From NCBI GenBank assembly GCA_903944345.1, contig CAJARJ010000018.1:120581-184580 (forward strand): 64,000 nt of DNA. The letters run 5' to 3'. Under the pieces are notes generated by a model. That model saw only the letters and a program-made list of their open reading frames with translations. It was not told the origin of the DNA and did no database searches. The translations under genes and the position numbers were made by a program. Origin of the DNA: Candidatus Omnitrophota bacterium (GTDB taxonomy: Bacteria > Omnitrophota > Gorgyraeia > Zapsychrales > Fredricksoniimonadaceae). Shown here piece after piece: positions 19,901 through 28,953 of this stretch. Numbering within the stretch: position 1 is the stretch's first letter; every line of letters starts with the position of its first letter.

Positions 19901-20055
19901 GGCATGAGGGTCACGACCGAAACCTCGTCAAACTTGACGTCCGGGAAGACCTCGCGCTGAAGCCGCCACAAAGCAAACACCCCGCCGAGCAGGATAAACA
20001 CCGACAACAGATTCACAAACAATGTGTTCTTGACCGAAAAATCAATCAGATTCAT
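16930..20055 (-). CDS. RND efflux transporter permease (AcrB/HAE family)
   Basis: 1041 aa. Has the twelve-transmembrane-segment pattern with two large periplasmic loops, and a typical N-terminus MNLIDFSVKNTLFVNLLSVFILLGG. Confidence 0.9.
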   Translation of the reverse strand: MNLIDFSVKNTLFVNLLSVFILLGGVFALWRLQREVFPDVKFDEVSVVTLMPGAPADDVEKLLTIPIEEELRGVSGVKRIDSSSVESVSSISVTIDPKASDKKRVVDDLRNAVDRVDNLPDEAEDPQVTELETKIMPVLDIYIGGDVPEEVLREYAEQLEDLLLDLDGVARVGHIGWRDREVWVEVDPQKMQEWHVSFDEVAAALQSRNITLPGGIVRNAEDEFNVRVTGEFYTPQEVLDVIVRANDAGNWVRVRDVARVRAAFEDRVTRSRLNGKEALGLRIFKKEKRDVLRTVGEIKQTVSDFQKLLRQDVQVQLVDDMSFYVKRRLGVLTSNAYMGFILVLIALFIFLEPVPAVMTALGIPTALFITFAAMNLLGITVNVVSMIGFIIVLGMLVDDGIVITENVYRYVQRGIPILQAVREGASEVSLGVVASIVTTWASFIPLLLMTDLTGKFVVSIPIIVIIALAASMFEAFIILPAHLAVFMKSGAAVRPERRWFVGLQDHYTRVVRRLLEARYWVMLSLIGLTILTGVLVTRFIKVVFFVSDGVEELTVMAEARRGISLDKIFALTGQVEDLLLRDAREEIKDFTTSVGEVEGERRSSSSRTGTHLAQIKVFLTPFQQRKATAKQIAERLRPELEKLRQTIPELEKLYIDVPQMGPPTGKPVQVGVRGEKYEGINRIAAQLKAELIVMPGVSDVRDDFDFGKQQIEVQINEEAARQAYLTIGQIASSVRAAFYGRLATTIKPEKADKEIDVLVRFPEDVRSGREAFSRILVANTRGDLVPLTAVAQIVDKEGINSIGHYNGKRVVYVSAQVDDDKATSLTVNRVLQQKFASLSKDNPGYSLYFGGQHQENMESLMNLGVSALLAAFLIFIILAASFGSIIQPFTIMLSIPFGFMGVIIAFFLHGMPLSFFAFVGMIGLAGVVVNSSIIMIEFINMLRQRGLSRMESLVEAGRLRLRPILMTSITTVAGLTTIAYNFGGGDPFIRPMAMALVWGLVSSTFLTLLVTPCIYAVLDDLSLRFLHHATVKLDRKAEAAL

Positions 20056-21503
20056 AACTTCTCCCCGGTGACACCCTGCCAGTATGCGGGCAGGATCGCG
20101 CCTTCTCTCAATTCCAGTTCAACCTGGGCCAGACGAAACCGCAGGGCCGACTGTGCCATTTTAAGCCGGGCCGCCAGAAGATCCTGCTGGTAACGGATAA
20201 TCGTATCAATCGAAGACCGTCCCCGGGCAAATTTCTTTTCTTCCTCGGCCAGCTTCTGGGCCTGCAAATCCGCAGCCTCGGCTTCTGCCCGCGCGGCCTC
20301 AAAATACACCCGGCAGGCGCGAATCTGGTCATGAACTTCCAGGATAATCCGGCGTTCAGCCTGTTTAAGCTGCAACAAAGCCGTTGCTTTTTCCAGACGA
20401 GCGCGCTCCGCCCGGGAACGGGCGGCTGAATTCTGCAAAGGCACCTTCACAGAGAACCCGACAAAAAAATCGTCATTGCTGTTGGCCGCCCCGTCGTCGG
20501 CAGCTTCCGGGAAATCTTCCCCCAGGCCATTGCGCAGCAACGAAGCCTTCAGGTTGACCACCGGCAACATTCCATCCCGGGCCACCACCAAAGACAAATC
20601 CCTGGCTTGCACCGCACGCAAAGCGGATAAATAATCCCGGCGTTCACGGAAAGCCTTCTTAAGCAACTGTGCTTCGGACACCTCAAATTTCTCGGGGAAC
20701 AGCGTATCGGCAGGGCTCATGGCCGGAGCATTATGATCCAGATTCAGGAGAAACTTCAGCACCTGTTCATTGGACTCGGACGCATGCCGGGCCAGAGCCA
20801 GATCGCTGGTCCGCGAGACAAGATGCGCCCGTGCGGCAGCGACATCTCCCGTTTCGGCAAGGCCGGTCCGCAATTTTTCTTTCTGCACCGCATGCAGCCT
20901 GGCGGCCTGGACTTCCAGCGCCCCCTCGATCGATCGCTGTTCCAGGCTAAAGACCCATTGCCAGTACGCCGCGATCACCTCGGCAATTTTCAACTCCACC
21001 TGTCTTGACGCGCCAAGTTCGGCCAGCCCGGTCTCGACTTGCGCCAGAGCAATGCCAGCCCGGTCAGCCCGCCCGAAAAAATTTCGTCCCAGATCCTGAA
21101 CAACCGTCAGGCCGTAAACCTGCTCATGATTCAGCCCGTTAAGGTCGCTCCACAAACGGTTGGACGATACGCCCATATCCAGGCTGGTTCCGCTGGAGAG
21201 TTTCTTTTGCGCCTCCAGGGAATATTCGTGATCACGATTATCCAGTGCCGAGGATGAAGACAACTTGCGGCTGTCATTCGAGCGATAGCCGGCGTCCGCC
21301 GTAAGATAGGCATCCAGTACCGAACGCGCCTGCCCCTCGCCGGTGGCGGCAATGCGCTGTGAATAGAGCGCCAGCTGCACATCCAGGCTGTTGCGCGCGG
21401 CAAGGCGGCCGATATCGGCTGCTGTCAGTACAACCGGATCTGCCCCGGCCCGGCCACATACCAGCAACACAAGCAATCCCGACAAGAATAATCCGCGTTT
21501 CAT
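20052..21503 (-). CDS. TolC-family outer membrane efflux protein
   Basis: Signal peptide. Two OEP-type repeats with long coiled-coil segments. A 4 bp overlap with the RND gene. Confidence 0.85.
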   Translation of the reverse strand: MKRGLFLSGLLVLLVCGRAGADPVVLTAADIGRLAARNSLDVQLALYSQRIAATGEGQARSVLDAYLTADAGYRSNDSRKLSSSSALDNRDHEYSLEAQKKLSSGTSLDMGVSSNRLWSDLNGLNHEQVYGLTVVQDLGRNFFGRADRAGIALAQVETGLAELGASRQVELKIAEVIAAYWQWVFSLEQRSIEGALEVQAARLHAVQKEKLRTGLAETGDVAAARAHLVSRTSDLALARHASESNEQVLKFLLNLDHNAPAMSPADTLFPEKFEVSEAQLLKKAFRERRDYLSALRAVQARDLSLVVARDGMLPVVNLKASLLRNGLGEDFPEAADDGAANSNDDFFVGFSVKVPLQNSAARSRAERARLEKATALLQLKQAERRIILEVHDQIRACRVYFEAARAEAEAADLQAQKLAEEEKKFARGRSSIDTIIRYQQDLLAARLKMAQSALRFRLAQVELELREGAILPAYWQGVTGEKL

Positions 21504-21614
21504 AACACCTCTTGACTGTTAGACCCTGACCCACAAAGAATGATGGAATGAATAGATATTCTAATCCCGGAACCCTGCTTAGACAAAGCATTTCCTGACC
21601 AAAGGAATTGCGCC

Positions 21615-21663
21615 AATAAAAAAAACGAGAGCTGCGAATGTCAGTCAGACATCGGCAGCTCTC
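21615..21663 (-). terminator. Intrinsic terminator after the 21685-22527 gene
   Basis: Perfect 9 bp stem gagagctgc/gcagctctc, followed on the minus strand by GTTTTTTTTAT. Confidence 0.6.
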
Positions 21664-21684
21664 GACAAATAAAACCAACAATTC

Positions 21685-22527
21685 TTACTTGACCGGGCAC
21701 ATCTCCGATCCGGCAGGAAGATTCTTGATAACCTGCTGGAGAATTTTTCCGCCCTGGACGCCCTTGTCGGTCTTGACCAGAGTGTCGTAATAGAATATCC
21801 CGTTATAGAAAGAGAAATCAAAACCGCTCCAGGCCACCGGCTTTTGCCAGACGGTTGTTCCATCTCTTTTGAAGAAATAGAGAATGCCGTCGCTGGAATC
21901 AGGATTCGAACCGCGGCCGGAATGCCAGGCGAAATAACCGCCCTTGGTCGACCGAATGCTGACATTGGTACCGACTCCCGGAGCCTGGAAGGACTTGACG
22001 AATGTACCACTGCGGGTCAATTCATAAACAGTGTTGTTCCCGTTGTAAACGGTGACCAGAAGATGATTCGTACAGCCGTCGTAATCAATGTGCACCGGAG
22101 AAGAAATAACCTGTCCGTTGGCATCTCTTAAAAGCCAGGACTGAACCACTTCCCCGCTCTGGATGTTGATCTCATAAACGGTGTTGTCCCAGTAACCGGT
22201 AGTCCAGACACTTTTGTTGTCGCTGGCGGCACCCATTCCCCAGAAGGTGTACTGATAATCATAAGGCGACCACACGCCGCGAACATAACGCTCCAGAGTT
22301 CCGTCATAAGAACGAATGATCAGGGATTTGTTGGCACCCATCGCTGCAATAAAATAGTTTTTGGTAAAAGCCAGCCCGCGATACAGAGTATCATCATAGC
22401 CGACGGTGCTTGTTTTGAAATTGGTCTTGAAAATAGCCGGGGCCGTCTGTGCCGCTGCCGGTCTGGGCAGGAACGATGCCAGAAGCACCCCCGTTACAAG
22501 AGCCGATACAAACAATTTTCTAACCAT
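21685..22527 (-). CDS. Secreted hypothetical protein (beta-rich, propeller-like composition)
   Basis: Signal peptide MVRKLFVSALVTGVLLASFLPRPAAAQT. Rich in Gly, Tyr, Trp, Thr, Ser and Asn. No recognisable family. Confidence 0.55.
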   Translation of the reverse strand: MVRKLFVSALVTGVLLASFLPRPAAAQTAPAIFKTNFKTSTVGYDDTLYRGLAFTKNYFIAAMGANKSLIIRSYDGTLERYVRGVWSPYDYQYTFWGMGAASDNKSVWTTGYWDNTVYEINIQSGEVVQSWLLRDANGQVISSPVHIDYDGCTNHLLVTVYNGNNTVYELTRSGTFVKSFQAPGVGTNVSIRSTKGGYFAWHSGRGSNPDSSDGILYFFKRDGTTVWQKPVAWSGFDFSFYNGIFYYDTLVKTDKGVQGGKILQQVIKNLPAGSEMCPVK

Positions 22528-22632
22528 ACTTTCTCCTTGATTGTTGTTTTTATTCCTTATCCATTGCGCCATCTTAGCATTCGGAGCAAAACTGTCAATC
22601 TGCCTGTTATACCATGAAAAGATTCGGCAGAA

Positions 22633-23013
22633 TCAGGAGTGAGCTTTGACCTTAAAGCCCTGGCTGGCCAGAAATTGCGCTGCTTTCTGCAGATGAGATC
22701 CCTGGATCTCGATCGTTCCCAGACCATCCTCGATATAAATGGTTCCTCCGCTTCCGAGAGAACTTTTAAGCTGACGAGCCAGTTCTTCAAGTTGCCCGGA
22801 TTCAGAGGGAAGGCCGGAAACCAGAGTAACAACCTTGCCCTGACGACCTTTTTTGTCCAGACGAACGCGCACAAAGAAATAAGTATGCGCGGTCGCAGAG
22901 GTCGGTTTTTCAATAGCCGGACAATCACAGGCAGCTGTCGTCTTGCGGCAACGGGGGCAAAGCAAAGCCCCCTGATCGTCACGGGGAAAGAATGAATCGG
23001 GAATATGAATCAC
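22633..23013 (-). CDS. yciH: SUI1/YciH-family translation initiation factor
   Basis: The C-terminal region KVVTLVSGLP...GGTIYIEDGLGTIEIQG matches SUI1. Confidence 0.8.
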   Translation of the reverse strand: MIHIPDSFFPRDDQGALLCPRCRKTTAACDCPAIEKPTSATAHTYFFVRVRLDKKGRQGKVVTLVSGLPSESGQLEELARQLKSSLGSGGTIYIEDGLGTIEIQGSHLQKAAQFLASQGFKVKAHS

Positions 23014-23918
23014 GCCTGCGTTCCTTTATGAAGAGGGTTTGCACGCGCTGGCTCAATATGCACAATCACATCCGTCACTTCCGTAATCTGCAGCCTGATA
23101 GCACGCTCGATCTCATGCCCGATCTGATGCGCCTTGTCCAGACTCAGATCCGCAGACATTTGCACATGCAAGTCCAGATGGATATCGTCGCCGCGCCCGC
23201 GGGAACGGATCTTGTGGCAGGAACAAACCCCTGGCACCGCCAGCACGATCTTTTCGATCCGGCTGATATCCTTGATAACAGCCTCATCACACAACACCCG
23301 GGCACTGTCAAAAATAATCTCGTAAGCAGCATGGCCGATAAAAAGTGAAATCAGGAGCGTTGTCAATGCATCCAGAACAGGCCAACCCAGACGAACAGCG
23401 AACAAGGAGACAATAACCGACAGCGACGTAAAAATATCCGCGCGGGTATGCATGGCGTCCGAAAGCAATAAATCACTGTGCAAAGCCAGCCCTTTGCGGC
23501 GTTCGTACCACATCACCGCCACGTTGACCAGAAGCGTGCCAATCATGACCGCGAAACTCAGCCAGGAAACCGTGGGGACAACCGGATGGAAAAGGCGCTC
23601 AACGCCTTCCTGAATCAGCTCCACACATACCAGCCCCAGCAAAAAAGCAATCCCGAGAGAAAAGAACGTTTCAAATTTCTTATGCCCGTAAGGATGCCCC
23701 TCGTCTTTGGGGCGGGAGGCAAAGAAAATCCCCGCCAGGCCAATAATATTCGAAACACCGTCGGAAAAAGAATGCAACCCGTCCGCCGTCATACTGGCCG
23801 AACGGCTGATGATCCCCAACGCAACCTTGGCCAGGGCCACCAGCCAGTTCAGAAACAAAACCAGTAAAAGCACGCGGCGCACTTCTGCGTAACGATCAGA
23901 GACTTGCTTACTGCAATC
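23010..23918 (-). CDS. Cation diffusion facilitator family transporter
   Basis: Cation diffusion facilitator signature SFSDGVSNIIGL. Six transmembrane helices. A C-terminal cytoplasmic domain. The likely start is MADCSKQ; the ORF track extends it to 23996. Confidence 0.85.
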   Translation of the reverse strand, partial: DCSKQVSDRYAEVRRVLLLVLFLNWLVALAKVALGIISRSASMTADGLHSFSDGVSNIIGLAGIFFASRPKDEGHPYGHKKFETFFSLGIAFLLGLVCVELIQEGVERLFHPVVPTVSWLSFAVMIGTLLVNVAVMWYERRKGLALHSDLLLSDAMHTRADIFTSLSVIVSLFAVRLGWPVLDALTTLLISLFIGHAAYEIIFDSARVLCDEAVIKDISRIEKIVLAVPGVCSCHKIRSRGRGDDIHLDLHVQMSADLSLDKAHQIGHEIERAIRLQITEVTDVIVHIEPARANPLHKGTQA

Positions 23919-23925
23919 TGCCATG

Positions 23926-24495
23926 CTACCTCCACAAGGAGAACATCTGCTTGCCCTGGGTTGAAGGGAAGACCCCTTCATTGACATGCCGGACATTCTC
24001 TATTGTATAAAAGACCCGCGGCGAAACTTCCTCGACCAGCCGCACCACATCCCGGACATTGCTTCTGGCCACAACCGTATAAAGAATGTTGACCGGCCCC
24101 TTGGCTCCCTGCGCCGGATGAGCCGTTACTCCGTAACCCTTGTCCTTGAGGACTTTCATCAGGTCGCTACCGTCAAGAGGAGTTATAATTCTGATCATCA
24201 GCGCCCCTATCCCGACACGCTCTTCTATCCAGACGCCTGCATAATTCCCGCAGGCGAAACCGGCGGCGTAAGCAACAAAACACAACGGATTGGGCAAATT
24301 AACGATCACCTGGCGCGCAACCGCCAGCCAAATAACAACTTCGAAAAAACCAATCACCGCCGCAAACAGACGCCGCCCCTGCCCGATCATGATAATGCGC
24401 ATGGTATCCAGCGACATATCACAAATACGGGCCAGGAAAATGACTAACGGCAGAACGCCCCACAAATACAAGGACGACTCAAAGAATGACTGCAT
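23926..24495 (-). CDS. YitT/DUF2179-family membrane protein
   Basis: Hydrophobic N-terminus followed by a C-terminal DUF2179-like region (ITPLDGSDLMKVLKDKGYGVTAHPAQG...VFYTIENV). Confidence 0.55.
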   Translation of the reverse strand: MQSFFESSLYLWGVLPLVIFLARICDMSLDTMRIIMIGQGRRLFAAVIGFFEVVIWLAVARQVIVNLPNPLCFVAYAAGFACGNYAGVWIEERVGIGALMIRIITPLDGSDLMKVLKDKGYGVTAHPAQGAKGPVNILYTVVARSNVRDVVRLVEEVSPRVFYTIENVRHVNEGVFPSTQGKQMFSLWR

Positions 24496-24508
24496 ACCTG
24501 ACTCCGGA

Positions 24509-24985
24509 TTATTTCGCTGTCCCGAAAGAGCCAAGCAGATTTTTTACCCCGGTGGCCGTCTGCTGGACATCCGCCCCCACCTTGGAAACCTGCGCAGCCT
24601 GGTCGGCCTTGTCCTTGGCCATTTTGAGCAAGGCGGCTTTGGCATCCGCAACGATTTTCTTGGCATCGACGGACTTGGAATTCAAAGTCGCGATCACGTA
24701 ACTGCCAAGATCAATCGCCGGCTGATAATTCCCCGCAGCCAGATATTCTTTGGCTTTGGTGACAAGAAAATTTTCCTGTTTGGCCGGAGTGCCCAAAGCC
24801 TTGGCCTGCTCGACCGCCTGCTGGGCCTGTGGCGTCAGCGACTGTACGGCAACCTGGGCTGCCGAATTAAGCACCGAACCCCAGGAGGACTGTCCGGCGG
24901 CTGAAATCCCGGCGAACCCCGCCGTCATCCCTGCGGCCAAAATAAATGCAACACCAACTTTTCTTGAACCTGACTGCATAAACAA
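24509..24985 (-). CDS. Secreted Ala/Lys-rich hypothetical protein
   Basis: Signal peptide. Low-complexity Ala-rich sequence. Confidence 0.5.
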   Translation of the reverse strand: MFMQSGSRKVGVAFILAAGMTAGFAGISAAGQSSWGSVLNSAAQVAVQSLTPQAQQAVEQAKALGTPAKQENFLVTKAKEYLAAGNYQPAIDLGSYVIATLNSKSVDAKKIVADAKAALLKMAKDKADQAAQVSKVGADVQQTATGVKNLLGSFGTAK

Positions 24986-25012
24986 CCTCCCTGATATTAA
25001 ATTAACCTTGTT

Positions 25013-25588
25013 TTACGCGTGAAGCTTCTTTAGCAACCAGGCCATGTTCTCGCCCAGCACTTTCATGGTGCGCAACCCTTCCTCGTCTTTAAGCACATCG
25101 CCGGGTTCGCGGCCCATCGCAAAATTCCAGTAGGAAGAACTGGCCACCACCATCTCGCTGATCATAAAAAAATGATTCATGGTGTCGAACGCATGAATAG
25201 CCCCACCCCGGCGCACCGCCATGACCGCGGCCCCGACCTTGCGGCGGAACAGCCCGCCGTTGGCCCGGCCGACCAGACAGGCGCGATCCATCAAGGCCTT
25301 CATCTCCGAGGAAACATCAGCGACATACACCGGAGACCCCAGAATTATCCCGTCAGCCTGAACCATTTTATCGATACACTCCTGCGCAGGATCGCCCTCA
25401 ATAATACAACGCCCGTTCTTGTTACGACTGCAGGCGTAACAGGCCTGGCAACCGCGCACCGGACGACCAGACAGCTGGATCATTTCGCATTCAATCTTTT
25501 CCCGGCGCAACTCATCAAAGACTTTTTCAATCAATAGCGCCGTATTGCCGTCCTTGCGCGCACTGCCGTTAATGCCGATCACTTTCAT
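25013..25588 (-). CDS. Flavodoxin-like NAD(P)H-dependent FMN reductase (iron-sulfur flavoprotein-like)
   Basis: MKVIGINGSARKDGNT FMN-binding start. A Cys cluster CQACYACSRNKNGRC. Confidence 0.75.
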   Translation of the reverse strand: MKVIGINGSARKDGNTALLIEKVFDELRREKIECEMIQLSGRPVRGCQACYACSRNKNGRCIIEGDPAQECIDKMVQADGIILGSPVYVADVSSEMKALMDRACLVGRANGGLFRRKVGAAVMAVRRGGAIHAFDTMNHFFMISEMVVASSSYWNFAMGREPGDVLKDEEGLRTMKVLGENMAWLLKKLHA

Positions 25589-25618
25589 AAGCCCCCCTAT
25601 TATACACCTCCACCCCCG

Positions 25619-26290
25619 CTAACAGCGGTCGGAAGTCAACAAATGCCCCGGAAGAAGCGAGCGCAGTTTTAAAAGCCTTTCGATATTCTCCTGTATCCGC
25701 CCGGAAGGAACCGGATGGAAGAACAGCAGCGCCAATGTATTGCGGTCGATCTCAATATGCAGATCACGATTCTGCATCAACCATTCGATCAACGGAAAAG
25801 AACACATATCAAAAGCAAAAATCTTGTTCTTGGAGCGTACACAAAAAGCATCCGAGAACTCTTTTGACGGAAAATCGATATCGTCATACCCCAGCGTCTG
25901 TGCAACCTTGGACAAGACCCCTTCAGGCGCGATCACCAGCTCGGGAAGGTTGACCGGCAAGGCAAGCGACAAAACCGTCAAATGATAATGCTGCGTCCGG
26001 GAGCGCCTGCTATAAGAACGAATCTGGTAATGATAATCAAAAAGGGTCAATTCGTGTCCGTGGTAATCCCCGCTGATCACATTGTAAGCATAACGGTTCT
26101 CGCCCTTGTTCAGCGGATTCAGGCAGGCGAAACGCCCGCCGGTAATGTGATCTCTGTCCGGAGAAAACCTGAGTCCGAGAGATCCGGCCAGCCCGGCCAG
26201 CTCGGCCCGGCGCTTTTCTTCCATCTTGTAATTGTATATCATCAGCCCGATACCCAGAACCAGAACCAGAAAGAAAAGAAAGAATGCCAT
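25619..26290 (-). CDS. Membrane-anchored hypothetical protein
   Basis: One N-terminal transmembrane segment. No recognisable domain. Confidence 0.5.
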   Translation of the reverse strand: MAFFLFFLVLVLGIGLMIYNYKMEEKRRAELAGLAGSLGLRFSPDRDHITGGRFACLNPLNKGENRYAYNVISGDYHGHELTLFDYHYQIRSYSRRSRTQHYHLTVLSLALPVNLPELVIAPEGVLSKVAQTLGYDDIDFPSKEFSDAFCVRSKNKIFAFDMCSFPLIEWLMQNRDLHIEIDRNTLALLFFHPVPSGRIQENIERLLKLRSLLPGHLLTSDRC

Positions 26291-26314
26291 CGCCCCCTCC
26301 TTGTCCGATAACAG

Positions 26315-27058
26315 TTAACCGATTTGACGCGCCTGCAAATAGTCAGCAATCACCCGGTTATGATCAAAAGCAAAAGACATCCCCGGCAACTGGCCAAACG
26401 GCACAATCTTCAGCCCCTTGGCGTCATCCCCCGCCCGGGGCTCTCCCCGTCCTTTGGCCGTAAACACGGTTGTCACTGTATGAAACCGCGGATCGCGGGC
26501 AGGATCCGAATAAGTATGAAATTGTTTGAGATCTTCCAGCTCGAGATTGGTCTCTTCTTTGGCTTCCCGGCGAGCCGCTGTTTCCAGAGCTTCACCGTTA
26601 TCCACAAAACCACCGGGCAATGCCCAGCCAAAAGGCGGATTGGTCCGTTCGATCAGGACAATGCCGTCGCCGATTTCGATAATAATATCGGTCGTAATAT
26701 ACGGCCCCCAGGCCATGTCCTCAGTCACATGGCGCAGATACCCGAAAACCTGTTTCTCGAAAATCCGGAAATACTCGTCGTTATCCAGACAGACAAGAAT
26801 CTGCTGCAACGAGCCGCGCCCTTCGCGGGCAGCCCGGAGAATCTCCTGCGAAACAATCTTGGCACTGCCCACAACCGGAAACCCTCCCGCACAGCCGACA
26901 GCGGGCACACTCACCGAACTTTCGCCCCGGCTGGACGCTTCGCTGATAATCTCTGCGCACGCCCGGCGGACGGTATGCTCGTTGACCTCTCCTGAAAGCG
27001 CCGGCAGACCAGCGCAGTCGCCGCGAAGAACACTAACAGCAATATTTCTGATTTTCAT
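26315..27058 (-). CDS. NUDIX hydrolase with an N-terminal macro-domain-like segment
   Basis: NUDIX box GWALPGGFVDNGEALETAARREAKEETNL. The N-terminal ~110 aa resemble the C-terminal half of a macro domain (VPAVGCAGGFPVVGSAKIVSQEI). Confidence 0.7.
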   Translation of the reverse strand: MKIRNIAVSVLRGDCAGLPALSGEVNEHTVRRACAEIISEASSRGESSVSVPAVGCAGGFPVVGSAKIVSQEILRAAREGRGSLQQILVCLDNDEYFRIFEKQVFGYLRHVTEDMAWGPYITTDIIIEIGDGIVLIERTNPPFGWALPGGFVDNGEALETAARREAKEETNLELEDLKQFHTYSDPARDPRFHTVTTVFTAKGRGEPRAGDDAKGLKIVPFGQLPGMSFAFDHNRVIADYLQARQIG

Positions 27059-28512
27059 GATTCCCCACTGACTTTCACGGTCTTTTCCGCCAGAAGAAGT
27101 GCCTCTTCTTTTGTTGTTATTTTACCCAGATGCTGGGCCTCGGCAACCTCCCGGAGTATCCTGGCAAAATCCGGACCGGGCTTGAGTTGCAAATCTTTAA
27201 TCAAGTCATGCCCGTTTAACAAACAGATAAACGGCTTTTCCCGCTGGTCCGTGAAGTAGCGGTGCACCAGCGGGAAAAGGATACTTTCCAGATGTGCCAC
27301 CCGTTCCGGCGTCGTCAATGGCCCGCGCGTAGCACGCTGATCGGCTATCGCCAGAAGAAGAATCGAAACCGCTTCTTTTCTGGCATCGCGCATAAAACGA
27401 AACACCATACGTTCTGACGCCTGGCTGAAATTGGCCAGATACCCCGGCCGTAAATGCAAGGCCACCATATCTTCGAGAGCGTACCGCTCGCGGTCTGAAA
27501 TCCGCAAATTGCGGGCAATCGCACGCACAATTCTTTGCCCGACGCGCTCATGCCCGTGATAACTGACGCGTCCGCCAGGCTCTTCTTTTCTTGTGTCCGG
27601 CTTGCCGACATCATGCAACAGGCAAGCCAGCTTGAGCAAAGCCCGGCGGCTATGCCCCCCGGCTACTGTTTCTGAAAGATACCCGTTTAATTCAAAATCC
27701 GCCGCAGCCGTCGCGGCTATCAATTCTTCCAGCTCCGTCAATACGCACAAAGAATGCTCAAGCACGTTCAGATGATGATAACCGCCCTTGCCAACGCCTC
27801 GCATCCCCGCCATCTGCGGAAAAATGGCCAGGAGAAGACCCGACTGAGACATGGCTTTAAAAGACGCCCCTGCACGCGGCGTATCCAGAATGCGAAACAG
27901 CTCTTCGCGCACACGTTCAGCCGCGACCGTATTGATCCGGGCACAGTCTTGTTTGATCCGGACGAGCGTAGCCCGCTCAATCGAGAAACCATACTGTGCC
28001 TTGAGCACATACGCACGTAAAAGGCGTAAAGGATCGTCAAGAAAAGCCCCCGGAGCCACCATGCGGACACGTTTGCGTCGGATATCTTCCCGCGCACCGC
28101 ACAAGTCCCTGACCTGAGGCAAGAGGGGCTTGCGTCCGTCAAAAGTCAACAGATCCAGCGCCAGGGCATTGACCGTAAAATCACGACGGCGGATATCGGC
28201 AGGCAATGTCTTGCCGCGCAGGTCAGAAAAATCAAAAACTTTAACTTCACCCTCGGCCTGCCTGACAACACGGGCACACCCCATCTCTTCGTCGAGAACC
28301 ACAAAGGCGCCATGAATTGCCCGCGCAAACGCCCGGGCGAGGCCAATAGCTCCCGAGGAAACGGCAAAATCCAGGTCTTTGGCCGGAGAGTCTTCTTTTG
28401 CGGCCACCGCCATATCGCGCAGAAAGCCCCCCACGCCATAAAGCCTGAGCGAGCGTTTGGCCGCCAGCTTGCGCAAGACAACAACTTCAGGATGATTATC
28501 CAGGAATGGCAT
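27055..28512 (-). CDS. cca: CCA-adding enzyme / poly(A) polymerase-family nucleotidyltransferase with HD domain
   Basis: GGFLRD nucleotidyltransferase motif, RRDFTVNA motif, and a C-terminal HD motif (LHDVGK). Confidence 0.8.
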   Translation of the reverse strand: MPFLDNHPEVVVLRKLAAKRSLRLYGVGGFLRDMAVAAKEDSPAKDLDFAVSSGAIGLARAFARAIHGAFVVLDEEMGCARVVRQAEGEVKVFDFSDLRGKTLPADIRRRDFTVNALALDLLTFDGRKPLLPQVRDLCGAREDIRRKRVRMVAPGAFLDDPLRLLRAYVLKAQYGFSIERATLVRIKQDCARINTVAAERVREELFRILDTPRAGASFKAMSQSGLLLAIFPQMAGMRGVGKGGYHHLNVLEHSLCVLTELEELIAATAAADFELNGYLSETVAGGHSRRALLKLACLLHDVGKPDTRKEEPGGRVSYHGHERVGQRIVRAIARNLRISDRERYALEDMVALHLRPGYLANFSQASERMVFRFMRDARKEAVSILLLAIADQRATRGPLTTPERVAHLESILFPLVHRYFTDQREKPFICLLNGHDLIKDLQLKPGPDFARILREVAEAQHLGKITTKEEALLLAEKTVKVSGES

Positions 28513-28545
28513 TAAGCTTCTCCGGGAAGAGCGCCGGGCCGCGGA

Positions 28546-28953
28546 CTAATCCCCGGCTCCGGAAATCTTGACAAAAACAGCCTCACGGACAAATATCGGG
28601 ACATTCAGCCGGACAGCCAGCGCCACCCCGTCCGACGGACGGCAGTCTACATCCACAAAAGCCCCCTGTGCATTCTTGACCCGCAGGGAGGCATAAAATG
28701 TCCCGTCCACAACATCCGTGATCGATAACGCCGCAACTTCCCCTCCGAGTGTCTTGATCATGTCCGCAAAAAAGTCATGCGTCATGGGCCGGGGCAGCTT
28801 CGTGCCAACAATAAACATCTGAATGCTTGTGGCCTCGGTGAAGCCGATCAGGATAGGAATCTGGCGACAACCGTCCTGTTCGCGTAACAAAATGACCTGT
28901 TCGCGGTCTTTTTCGTTAATAATGATCTTGGAAAGAGTTACCGGAATCATCAT
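28546..28953 (-). CDS. Bifunctional nuclease family protein (DUF151)
   Basis: 135 aa matching the BFN/DUF151 pattern (PILIG...RPMTHD...). Confidence 0.7.
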   Translation of the reverse strand: MMIPVTLSKIIINEKDREQVILLREQDGCRQIPILIGFTEATSIQMFIVGTKLPRPMTHDFFADMIKTLGGEVAALSITDVVDGTFYASLRVKNAQGAFVDVDCRPSDGVALAVRLNVPIFVREAVFVKISGAGD

